A stretch of 64,000 bases of DNA from Antedon mediterranea (Eukaryota > Animalia > Echinodermata), in NCBI RefSeq assembly GCF_964355755.1, contig NC_092675.1:8551812-8615811 (forward strand). The letters run 5' to 3'. The translations under genes and the position numbers were made by a program. The notes beneath the pieces were generated by a model that saw only the letters and a list, made by a program, of their open reading frames with translations, did not search any database and was not told the DNA's origin. Below are positions 11,601 through 23,467 of the stretch, one piece after another; within the stretch, counting starts at the first letter, position 1, and the number at the start of each line of letters is the position of its first letter.

Positions 11601-14600
11601 TGAATTATTTAATTATTCTTATTCGTATTTACGTTTATTCTAGTATAAATACTAACCGCTGTCAAATTTCGCCTTGTAGGTGTGTGTAGTAATTGGTTTA
11701 TCTGTTAAGACAAAAAACAAAATGGCATGGTTAGGCCTAATCATGAACGTATGTAATAATGTCAGAAATTATTTTAAAATGAATGTAACTTATAGACCGA
11801 TAGCTAAAAATTAAGAATATAAAGTAAACGATTTCTTTCAAACTATTAACATTATAGTTTCTAGTTTCTTTCTATTGTACACGACTTTCTTTTTTATTCA
11901 AAATATTTCGTCAGATGAACAAAATTTGTTTAGCAACATTTCAATTTGAATAACAGCTAAGCAATATGTGCTTTTATTTAATTTGACAAGTTAAAAAATA
12001 GTGAAAATCCAATTGTCCAAATTCAATTGTCAGATTCTTTACAGTGACTGAAAAGGTCTTGTAATTTGGGGTGCTGTAATTTTTACATCCTCCATCTCAT
12101 CATGGAGGAAATATTTCCTCCATGATCTCATCCTGTAGTATTTGTATCATGCCTTGTAATTCTATGGAGGAAATACATACAGTATATACATACAGTATAT
12201 ATTTCCTCCATGGTCATTCCAAGACTTACAGCCAACAATTTGGTGAATTATATAGCGTTGATTTTAATCATCGTCGCTTAAAAAAAGTGAAAGTGGGATA
12301 ATTGTTAGGCTTGATATTATATTGTTTCTACGAGTGCTCTTTAAAGTAAATCAATTGTTATCGACAGATAGAAATCATTTATGTTGGTGTTCTTCCAACT
12401 GGATTATTCCTATTATTTTCCTATTTATTCTCGAAAGTATTTGCTTCCGATGTGTGTAGTGAGGAGGAGGTGAGGTGAGTCCCGTGTTCTCTAACAGCTC
12501 ATTGTACTAAGCCTCGGCATTATGTGGTAGGGTGGCCAGTTCCTTTCCACGCCGCCTTTTTTCTCCCTAGTATTTTCAACCAGGTACTCATTTTACAGCT
12601 GAGTGAACTGGGAGTTGTCGGGCATTGAACCCGGGTCTATCTGTACGACAGTCAAGTGTCCTAACCACTCGGCTATCCAACTCCTTGATGTGTGTAGTGA
12701 AGAATTCAAATACAGTATTTTTTTTTCTTCTTTTACTTACCGTTTGTAAAATAATTTTTGTCACTGAAAGGTCCATGTTTAGTTTCAGAGTTCTTGGTCG
12801 GACTTTCGTGTTTAACTTTCGTAAGAGTTTTGGTTATCTTATGCTTAGGTACTTCATTAGAAAAACGATCGTCTTTCTTCGGAAGCCAATACGATATAGA
12901 AGTATTTGGGCCACCGTTGCTATCTGTTAAAATTACCTACGAAATAATAAATTTATATAAATAAACATATTTCACTGTTGCGTCAACGGAATGTCTTTAA
13001 TTCAAGAATACCGGCCTATATTATGCACTGAATGTTATTATACTTATGTTTTTATTATTGTTTATAATAATGAAAATGAAACATAACAATGTAATTGTTT
13101 GTAACTACGGTGAAGCAGCTTTAGGTCAGGGTGTTGAGTAATAGGTCAGATGTTTGCCCTACTCTGACGTAATGTGTACTTTATTCTAAGTACATTAAGA
13201 ATACTCGCGAAAAAATACGCAATACGCTGGGAATCGGGTGCAATACGTGATCTGGAGTATTCCCAATGTATTTATTATAAAGTCAATATTATAAAGTAGT
13301 GCAAACATCTGACCTATAATATATATAATGATATTATCATTATTATTATAAACAAAGGTAAAGTAAAATGTACCTGTAAAGTTAGTAAGCGCTTTACCGG
13401 CCCTTTGGCATATAACCTCTCATTTCCATTTGTTTTACGAACGTACTCAAACACTGTACCCCCAACATTGATATTTCCAGACCAATGCAAACTCCAGTCA
13501 CCATTAAGGACATACTGGGAACCCTCGACCATTGCTGTAAAATAAATACAGAATATATTTTGTGGATTACAGAAACTTGTTCTATTCTAATATAAGTACT
13601 CTAGGCTTTGTTTTCTGTTCTGATGATGAGAATAGTTTCTCGAAACATGTCAAAACATTTAAGGCAGTTTGCCTGTTTATCAAATCCCTCAAAATCGTGA
13701 TTGTAACTCGAAAGTTCGGTGGAATCATACATTTATTACAAATATCCATTTCATAGATAGAAATTGTGAACATCTGTACATTTCTTTGCTCCGGTTATTC
13801 ACATTATGCATGCCAACTTACCTAAGAAATTTTGAGTGTTTTCTGTAATCTCGATGTGGGTTGCCCCAGCTGGAATGACTGTACAGTTTCGGTAACCTAT
13901 GTAACCTATAATGAATAACATTTTATATAATAATATATAATATAAATTTAAAATCAATGGGACAATATTTGCCGCGAGGTAAGCTCCAAACAATCGTTAA
14001 CATTATTATGGTTATGCTATGGTTGCGGTGTTAATTTAATTTTGTTTTTTTGTAGGGAAAATGTATGTATATAATCGTCTTTGTTATTTTGAATTTTATC
14101 TTCGGCTCGTCCACGAAGCTGTACGACACGAAGGGACCCTTCGGAGAGAAGAATTGTGTTTTATGTGTCATCTACACTAGTCTGGGTTCTAGACCGAAAT
14201 TCGTAAAAAGATAAATAGTTTGGCACATTTGGTGTTTCGGCCATGAGCTAATCTTTGTAGACATTCAAAATCAAAACGCTGACTGGTGGACTAACATAAA
14301 AAAGGACAATAAATACAGATGTGGGGCAAGTCTACGTCTACTACACATGTGCTGCGAGTTCCTCCACATTTACATTTATCTGATCATTAATAATTATTAT
14401 TATCTTTTTTCTTGCTACTTTATCGAAGTGAATATTAATTGTGCTACTACCGGTCGGGTACAATAAATGGATTGACTTGGATGTGATATTGTTTAAAAAA
14501 TATCTTACCTTCTGTTGGTGGTGGTTCGACGTAAACCAGTTTATATTGTGAACATGTGTCGTTCTTGCCACCACACTTCATACATACATCCTTTTTAGCG

Positions 14601-17600
14601 TCGGAGTTAAGTTCACCATCGCAACCAACAGGCTAGTATACAAATAGTTAGTTTTGTGAATGCGATGGTACATATCATTCCATGAGATCAATTAATTGAT
14701 TGATTTTATGTATTACTCAGAGTCATACAAAAAACACACAATATAACAATTTTAAACAATTAAAAAATCAATACAACAGTAAGAATTGACTTACAATACA
14801 TTGACCATAAATACACATGTCCATACTCTCTTTGTTGCATCTTGTTCCGTCAAGCACTTTTCCAAAAGTATAAAAGAAATGAGTTCCTTTTGCCAGACAG
14901 GTTAGCTCGCATGTATTTGGCTCTGATAGATAATTATATTTAATTGTATATAAACCTACACAGATAAACTATAATTATATATATAATTATTAATCAAAAC
15001 GATAAAGTAAAACAGCCAGAAAAATTCATCAGTATATATATACACATATATTCGAAGATGTCGCTCTGTGAGTTTATTTAAATTAAATGAGAACTAATAT
15101 TAAAATTAATAAATATATGAATGTTGAAATATTTTCAAATTTATTTCACTGTATTATGTGTTGTAAACTAAACTGTCTTCTGCATTATGCATTGATAGAG
15201 GTCATCAGTTGAAGTTGGTCAGTTTTGTTTTTATCTGTTACGTTCCACTGTAATTAAGTATTAACTGGCTTGACATAACACTGTCGATATAAGTAGTAGT
15301 AACTTCCAATAAAATACAAAGGAAAGAGCAAAACGGATAATGGTATACTACATGCTTACTAGAGGCCTACATTTGAAAATCAATCATCTTGATGTTGGCT
15401 AAGTCTATGACAATAAAAACGAATGTGATAAAACGCAATCAACCTACGGCTTGTGATCGGTTCCCATTCACGAACAAGGTGACCAAACATTTTCTTGTTA
15501 TTATACACAGAACATTGCATATCACGAAAGTCTGGGCCACTTGGGGGACATGGCTGTAATTATAACAAACGCTCTGTATTATTATTATTATTTCCATTTT
15601 AACAGGAAGATAAATAAAATGAATTTGAAATATTTTGCTGGCCTTACAAAATGCATTCAATGGATATAATAGACAAACTTGTTTTGTGCTGCAGTATTTT
15701 TATGTTATGGTTGATAATAAAACACAAAAAGAATGTATTATTCTATAAGCCATCCGTCTCAGTGTACCTTGTTCAAAGTTATTGATAATGGTGGACCGTC
15801 AGTCATGCAAGCGGCAAAATGAATAATGTGCTTCTTCAACCTACCTGTGTGTTACACGCTTTGAACTCTTTACTTTCTCCATCACATAGCTGGATACCAC
15901 TGTTCAATGTAGGAATCCTACAATTTTTAAGAAAAGAATCAGTATTTTATTCATTCCTTATGGAGTCAGGAATATTTTGGTTCAGTTTTCTTTTTCCAAA
16001 AGCAACACATTTCGTATACAGGTTGCCCACTAATTTCATTTTTGATAGACGCCAAGTAAATTGACTCTAATTTGCATAATTTAAAATGATGAATAGTTTT
16101 GCTTTAATACTCTATAATCTCTGATTCTGGAGTTGATTTTAATTGTAAAATGTTCAGAATATTAGGCCTAACATTATGTTCTTTTGATTGTATACGTAAC
16201 ATATCATGGAAAAATATTGATAATTTTGTTATAAAATAGACAATAGCAGAACAAGCTCATTTTAAAGGACTTATTTCATATAATTACCAGAAATGTAAAT
16301 AGTACATCACTATTGGTTCAAAGAACTAATTAAATTGTTAAACAATCTTTACTTTTAAATAGTTTCATTTCTATTTGATAAAATAAAATGCTAATAGTTG
16401 TTTGAAATTGTTTTTTAGGAAGAATGTGAAAATTATATTATTAAAAACAAGGACATATAGATGGCTGCAGTCGCGTGCTTAGTGTTTACCGACCGACCGA
16501 CCAACCTACGAACTGACCGAAATTACTGAACATGTTTAAAAATGTTGAAATGTTTAAAAACAGTTATATTTTTTTAATTTACACGTGCGTATCCTGTCAC
16601 TTTTGACGTGCTCGTATAACGTAATTTCGAGTTGAAAAGTAAGTCAAGAAAACAGAAATCGGGCAAAAAGAGTGCGCAATAACATTTAACGTGCAGTGCG
16701 CGCGCAAAAATCTGCGCACTCATGGCAATTTTGTAAACGCTTAAAATTGCCTGAAACGTACTCTTATTTCATCGAAAATAAATTTTGAAAATTGTAAGCG
16801 CGCGTACGCATGCGTTACATGCGCTACGCACGTAATTGTATTGCAATATGATGATTTATGCCCTGAAATTTATGAGTACCAAATTTTATTTAATTGTGAT
16901 TCATGGTTGTGAAGATATGATTACAAACGTGATTTCGTTAAATCGTGCATAGACCGCGTAATTTTTTATTGCGCACCGTGAAAACATAACCAGATCGAAT
17001 CCTGGCCATAAGGAATATACTGTGAAAAATTGACTTAGCTAGATTAAACTGATATCAAAATAAGATCAGAAAGCGATAAAACGCATAGTGATACCGGACC
17101 GACAGACAGACAGACCGACAGACCGACCGACCGACCGACATAGTGAACTATAGAGTCACTTCCACGCGACTAAAAACACTTGGTTGTCATGATTTGTTTC
17201 TGTTAAGTTTGTGTAGCACAGAAGAAATGCATGATGCAAAATTGCCTCTTTTCTACTCTACTTTTATCAATAAAATCGATGATTTTCAGTCACATATAAA
17301 ACTGCGACACAGTATTCCACTAGTGACATTGATTACTCGGTAGTATTCATTTAAGACACGAGTGTTATATAGAACTGTGATACACTATTCAATTAGTGAC
17401 ATTGATTACTCGGTAGTATTCATTTAAGACACGAGTTTTATATAGAACTGTGATACACTATTCCATTAGTGACATTGATTACTCGGTAGTATTCATTTAA
17501 AACACGAGTGTTATATAGAACTGCGATACACTATTCCATTAGTGACATTGATTACTCGGTAGTATATTCATTTAAAACACGAGTGTTATATAAAACTGTG

Positions 17601-20600
17601 ACACACTATTCAATTAGTGACATTGATTACTCGGTAGTATTCATTTAAGACACGAGTGTTATATAGAACTGCGATACACTATTCCATTAGTGACATTGAT
17701 TACTCGGTAGTATTCATTTAAGACACGAGTGTTATATAGAACTGCGATACACTATTCCATTAGTGACATTGATTACTCGGTAGTATATTCATTTAAGACA
17801 CGAGTGTTATATAGAACTGCGATACACTATTCCATTAGTGACATTGATTACTCGGTAGTATATTCATTTAAAACACGAGTGTTATATAAAACTGTGACAC
17901 ACTATTCAATTAGTGACATTGATTACTCGGTAGTATATTCATTTAAGACACGAGTTTTATATAGAACTGCGATACACTATTCCATTAGTGACATTGATTA
18001 CTCGGTAGTATATTCATTTAAGACACGAGTGTTATATAGAACTGTGATACACTATTCCATTAGTGACATTGATTACTCGGTAGTATTCATTTAAGACACG
18101 ACTGTTATATAGAACTGCGATACACTATTCCATTAGTGACATTGATTACTCGGTAGTATTCATTTAAGACACGAGTGTTATATAGAACTGTGATACACTA
18201 TTCCATTAGTGACATTGATTACTCGGTAGTATTCATTTAAGACACGAGTGTTATATAGAACTGTGATACACTATTCCATTAGTGACATTGATTACTCGGT
18301 AGTATTCATTTAAGACACGAGTGTTATATAGAACTGCGATACACTATTCCATTAGTGACATTGATTACTCGGTAGTATTCATTTAAGACACGAGTGTTAT
18401 ATAGAACTGTGATACACTATTCCATTAGTGACATTGATTACTCGGTAGTATTCATTTAAGACACGAGTGTTATATAGAACTGCGATACACTATTCCATTA
18501 GTGACATTGATTACTCGGTAGTATATTCATTTAAAACACGAGTGTTATATAGAACTGCGATACACTATTCCATTAGTGACATTGATTACTCGGTAGTATT
18601 CATTTAAGACACGAGTGTTATATAGAACTGTGATACACTATTCCATTAGTGACATTGATTACTCGGTAGTATTCATTTAAGACACGAGTGTTATATAGAA
18701 CTGCGATACACTATTCCATTAGTGACATTGATTACTCGGTAGTATTCATTTAAGACACGAGTGTTATATAGAACTGTGATACACTATTCCATTAGTGACA
18801 TTGATTACTCGGTAGTATTCATTTAAGACACGAGTGTTATATAGAACTGCGATACACTATTCCATTAGTGACATTGATTACTCGGTAGTATTCATTTAAG
18901 ACACGAGTGTTATATAGAACTGCGATACACTATTCCATTAGTGACATTGATTACTCGGTAGTATTCATTTAAGACACGAGTGTTATATAGAACTGTGATA
19001 CACTATTCCATTAGTGACATTGATTACTCGGTAGTATTCATTTAAGACACGAGTGTTATATAGAACTGCGATACACTATTCCATTAGTGACATTGATTAC
19101 TCGGTAGTATATTCATTTAAAACACGAGTGTTATATAGAACTGCGATACACTATTCCATTAGTGACATTGATTACTCGGTAGTATTCATTTAAGACACGA
19201 GTGTTATATAGAACTGCGATACACTATTCCATTAGTGACATTGATTACTCGGTAGTATTCATTTAAGACACGAGTGTTATATAGAACTGTGATACACTAT
19301 TCCATTAGTGACATTGATTACTCGGTAGTATTCATTTAAGACACGAGTGTTATATAGAACTGCGATACACTATTCCATTAGTGACATTGATTACTCGGTA
19401 GTATTCATTTAAGACACGAGTGTTATATAGAACTGCGATACACTATTCCATTAGTGACATTGATTACTCGGTAGTATTCATTTAAGACACGAGTGTTATA
19501 TAGAACTGTGATACACTATTCCATTAGTGACATTGATTACTCGGTAGTATTCATTTAAGACACGAGTGTTATATAGAACTGCGATACACTATTCCATTAG
19601 TGACATTGATTACTCGGTAGTATATTCATTTAAAACACGAGTGTTATATAGAACTGCGATACACTATTCCATTAGTGACATTGATTACTCGGTAGTATTC
19701 ATTTAAGACACGAGTGTTATATAGAACTGCGATACACTATTCCATTAGTGACATTGATTACTCGGTAGTACTCATTTAAGACACGAGTGTTATATAGAAC
19801 TGCGATACACTATTCCATTAGTGACATTGATTACTCGGTAGTATTCATTTAAGACACGAGTGTTATATAGAACTGCGATACACTATTCCATTAGTGACAT
19901 TGATTACTCGGTAGTATTCATTTAAGACACGAGTGTTATATAGAACTGCGACACACTATTCCATTAGTGACATTGATTACTCGGTAGTATTCATTTAAGA
20001 CACGAGTGTTATATAGAACTGCGATACACTATTCCATTAGTGACATTGATTACTCGGTAGTATTCATTTAAGACACGAGTGTTATATAGAACTGTGACAC
20101 ACTATTCCATTAGTGAAATTGATTACTCGGTAGTATTCATTTAAGACACGAGTGTTATATAGAACTGCGATACACTATTCCATTAGTGACATTGATTACT
20201 CGGTAGTATTCATTTAAGACACGAGTGTTATATAAAACTGTGACACACTATTTCATTAGTGACATTGATTACTCGGTAGTATTCATTTAAGACACGAGTG
20301 TTATATAGAACTGCGATACACTATTCCATTAGTGACATTGATTACTCGGTAGTATTCATTTAAGACACGAGTGTTATATAGAACTGTGATACACTATTCC
20401 ATTAGTGACATTGATTACTCGGTAGTATTCATTTAAGACACGAGTGTTATATAGAACTGCGATACACTATTCCATTAGTGACATTGATTACTCGGTAGTA
20501 TTCATTTAAGACACGAGTGTTATATAGAACTGTGATACACTATTCAATTAGTGACATTGATTACTCGGTAGTATTCATTTAAGACACGAGTGTAATCATA

Positions 20601-23467
20601 TTTTATGTTGACCATAGTCATAGATTAATTTGATCTAATCACTAAATCATCTAATTGAGTACATTACCTGCTTGCGCAGTGTCTTGTTCTAAATGAAGCA
20701 CCTCCGCCACAACTACGAGAACATGTAGAAAAATAACTCCATTCTGACCATACACTGTGCGTGTCCAAATATGGCTTGTTATTGAAGTGCTAGATGTAAA
20801 ATATAAAGTAGATATGAATGAAATAAATACGATATGATATTTTTATTGATTTTCAATTCGGTAAAAATATTACCGAGAACTTAGAAACATGAATAATGCC
20901 AAAGAACAAAGTTGATTTGCTTTAAAATTCGTTAGGAATCTTAAATTAAAAATAAAACACCTATTCTTTATTATTATTTTTTCTCAGCGGATTTTGTGTA
21001 CCGATTATTATAATAATTTTGAATTGTATGTCTATCGGATGTTGTGACGTTATCATGGCTAGCTGAATTTAAAAAGTATTTTTTTCATCTCTCTTTCGTC
21101 AAACAAATCCGTCACTGGTTTAAAGAAACACAAGACAAATTAAACAAACTCAGAAACACTCAATGTCAATTCAGACTGGTGCAATCCCAGCGAATTATCA
21201 ATTAATACTAAAAAACTAATTCTCAGAAACAAAAATATCATAAACAGCTGATTAATAATTTGAAACTCATAGTTCTCCTTTATCGGAATAAATGTCTTAT
21301 CTATTATGCTGGACAAATTTTATGATTTATAGAACTTAATATTGAATGGAACAGTTAAACGCAAGAAACGGTATTTGTTTATAGTACGACATTCAATTCC
21401 CGAGACTACATTAATCACGTTACAATACTTTCATTCATTCTGATTTAATTTATGGTATTGGGGTTTGGGGCAGCACATACTTAAAACGTAAGTTTGAAAC
21501 GTAGGTCTACTTAAAAACTTCCTTTTAGTTAAAAAAAAATGTGTGTCATTATCTATGACCTTCTCGTTCTTTACCTTTATTGATTCTTATAGAATATTAT
21601 ATGTTATACAAGCTTTATAAATGATTTGTCTTTAAAAGATTATGAATATTATCCCTAATCCAGGTGTGTATAAAAAACTAGTCAATGTACTAAAGTAATC
21701 ACTAAAATCAAGCGAAAATCTTAATTATAAGATAAAAAATTAAAACTAATCAGAATTACACTTGGAGACAAATAATGAATGATTTCCCAAATGTCTCATT
21801 ATAATTTCTTTTGTGAGTACAATAATACATTTCCACTAAACAAAAATTCATTTCTAATGGGGTCCAACATTTGAATTACGTTGTCCTGTACATATTGAAG
21901 ATTCAATTTAATTTCCCCCAAAAATATCACAAAACAGAAATTGAATGAGTACATTTTTTTTTAAATAAGCCTATACATTATGAATAAAATAAACGTGTAA
22001 TGTGTTCAAAATTTAAAAAAAATAGAGTATACTAAAAACATTTAAAAACGAAACACACGAATTCACATAATATTTTGTTTCTACATTTAATATTAGATCT
22101 AACATTTATTTATGATGAGCTCTGAGAAAATAGTCTATGTAGAGACTATTTTCTCAGAGCTCATCTTAATTAGGTGCTTTACATCTTTCAGAATATTAGT
22201 CATTTATGACAAAACAAGTGAGTAATTTAAAACCTGTCATGTTACCGGATTGATTAATTATTATTATTATAATTATTATTGTTATTGTTGTTATTGTTGA
22301 TGTTAATAAATATTTAATTATACACTTTGTTTTTATTTCTTAATATTTTACGCAAAGCCCAGAAGCAAAAAGTCTAACATAACAAATCAGCTTACTTTAA
22401 AATTTATAATGGCTAACCATTTTTCCTCAAAATAGTTTTTGTGTTGAAATATAAAGTTAATGTTATTAATTGATTTCTTAAAATTGTGGAATATCTCATC
22501 AAATATCGAATCAATCGTAAAAGTTATTTTTTAATGACTTTATTAATTTTAAGTTTTTCGGGTACATTGTCACACAAAATGTAAATCGTTTCTGATGTAT
22601 ACCGGTAGTTTGCATAAGTTTATCTTTTACTCAGGTGTTCGATGAACAACAATTACAGGTAGCAGAGAAAATCTCCTTAGTGAACATAAATAAAGAGGAT
22701 ATTGAAAATGTAAAAAAAATTGTTATTTGGGTCATACAATCACAAATAGAGAAGATGGCTGTTTCACTGACCATAGAACATTAAAATGCTGTAGGAAAGT
22801 TCCATGTTTTAAAAGATTATAATGTATAATATATAAAGAAGAGAAAGACAATTTTAGAGGCAGACTCCAGACTCTTGTATGGTACACAAGCATGTTTTCC
22901 AAAGGAGAATGAAATAGAGAAGCTGGAATCCGGATGATACAACACATGTTTAGACAAATAATCAAGAGAGGGTTTGATAAGGCAAGAACGGAGGCTGACC
23001 AACTGGATGAGGATAACTACAGATCTGCATAGGCCTATTCCAACAAAAGGATGTGAAATTGTTGGAGCATCACCATTGAAAGATTGAATACACAGTCAGT
23101 ATATCCGATATATTGGTCATATCAGTAGAGGACCGAATACATCAATTACAAAAAAAGATGATGTTTTCTGTCCCAACAAGACGGTACTATCGTAATCTGT
23201 GGATTCGAATCTCTATTATCTTAGATTTAGAAATCAGGCAAGCCAAAGCCATTACACTATCTATAAAAATCGTAATGAACCCCCAGTAGGCTATTTATTG
23301 CTGAATAGGTGTTCGACTCCAGCTCTACAACGTAGAAGAGGATAACACCATAAGTGTGTATGGAGGGTTGTGTCTAGGCAACAACAATTGTTTTACAAAT
23401 ATCTTACCTTTTTGCACGTTCCAAATCCCAGTAACAACAAACTTGCATATATTCTTAAAATATCCAT
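8629..23467 (-). CDS. ADAMTSL5: ADAMTS-like protein 5 (THSD6) homolog, 12 coding exons, ~494 aa
   Basis: Exons (minus): 23467-23408, 20789-20668, 15917-15845, 15553-15448, 14922-14795, 14632-14509, 13905-13822, 13534-13374, 12936-12741, 11701-11657, 11497-11432, 8948-8629. All GT-AG with consistent phases, total 1485 nt. Domains: signal peptide MDILRIYASLLLLGFGTC; TSP1 WSEWSYFSTCSRSCGGGASFRTRHC; Cys-rich CELTCLAKGTHFFYTFGKVLDGTRC..VGCDGELNS; spacer IPAGATHI..YVLNGDW; NTR domain HFCSSDF..CNCP..DYLIMG. No protease domain. Confidence 0.9.
9258..11225 (+). mobile_element. 5'-truncated CR1/L2-group LINE (reverse transcriptase) in the last ADAMTSL5 intron
   Basis: ORFs 9298-9678 and 9896-11128 carry [36 protein letters not shown] and YADD. 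3' UTR ends in an (AAT)n tail. Interrupted at 9673-9837. Confidence 0.93.
9673..9837 (+). mobile_element. ~165-bp A-tailed insertion inside the LINE RT
   Basis: Removing it restores LPI|VSKILERWVH. AATT is duplicated at 9669-9672 and 9838-9841; the 3' end is A-rich. Confidence 0.7.
12463..12686 (-). mobile_element. tRNA-derived SINE with conserved-type central domain and 14-bp TSD
   Basis: Minus strand: A box TAGCCGAGTGG, B box GGGTTCAATGCC, core TTCACTCAGCTGTAAAATGAGTACC..GGAACTGGCCACCCT (Deu/Nin-domain-like from recall), (CCTCA)n tail. TSD GATGTGTGTAGTGA at 12449-12462 and 12687-12700. Confidence 0.85.
13142..13316. mobile_element. ~175-bp MITE
   Basis: Inverted arms AGGTCAGATGTTTGCCCTACT / AGTAGTGCAAACATCTGACCT (20 of 21 complementary), flanked by TA. 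Confidence 0.8.
16444..17176. mobile_element. Helentron-associated non-autonomous element (DINE-1/HINE-like)
   Basis: Begins AAAACAAG, has (GACC)n/(GACA)n microsatellites near both ends, and ends TATAGAGTCACTTCCACGCGACTAAAAA (short terminal hairpin then A run). AGTCGCGTG near the left end pairs with CACGCGACT near the right end. Confidence 0.65.
17294..20592. repeat. Tandem satellite, 73-bp unit (75-bp variant), ~45 copies, in ADAMTSL5 intron 2
   Basis: Unit TTAAGACACGAGTGTTATATAGAACTGCGATACACTATTCCATTAGTGACATTGATTACTCGGTAGTATTCAT, head-to-tail and nearly identical, with no spacers. Confidence 0.97.
22114..22165. repeat. Perfect 23-bp inverted repeat with 6-nt loop
   Basis: GATGAGCTCTGAGAAAATAGTCT-atgtag-AGACTATTTTCTCAGAGCTCATC. 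Confidence 0.9.

Noticed and set aside
12610-12686. tRNA gene
   Set aside because: A and B boxes are present, but the sequence continues into a SINE body and tail and is bounded by a TSD. No complete cloverleaf is evident.
17294-20592. CRISPR array, or repeat-protein ORF 17729-18094
   Set aside because: Units are identical head-to-tail with no unique spacers, there are no cas genes, and the context is eukaryotic. The ORF arises only from a run of 75-bp variants.
22700-23350. Purine-rich stretch that looks like decayed coding sequence in ADAMTSL5 intron 1
   Set aside because: No family motif could be recognised with confidence; it needs a translated search.
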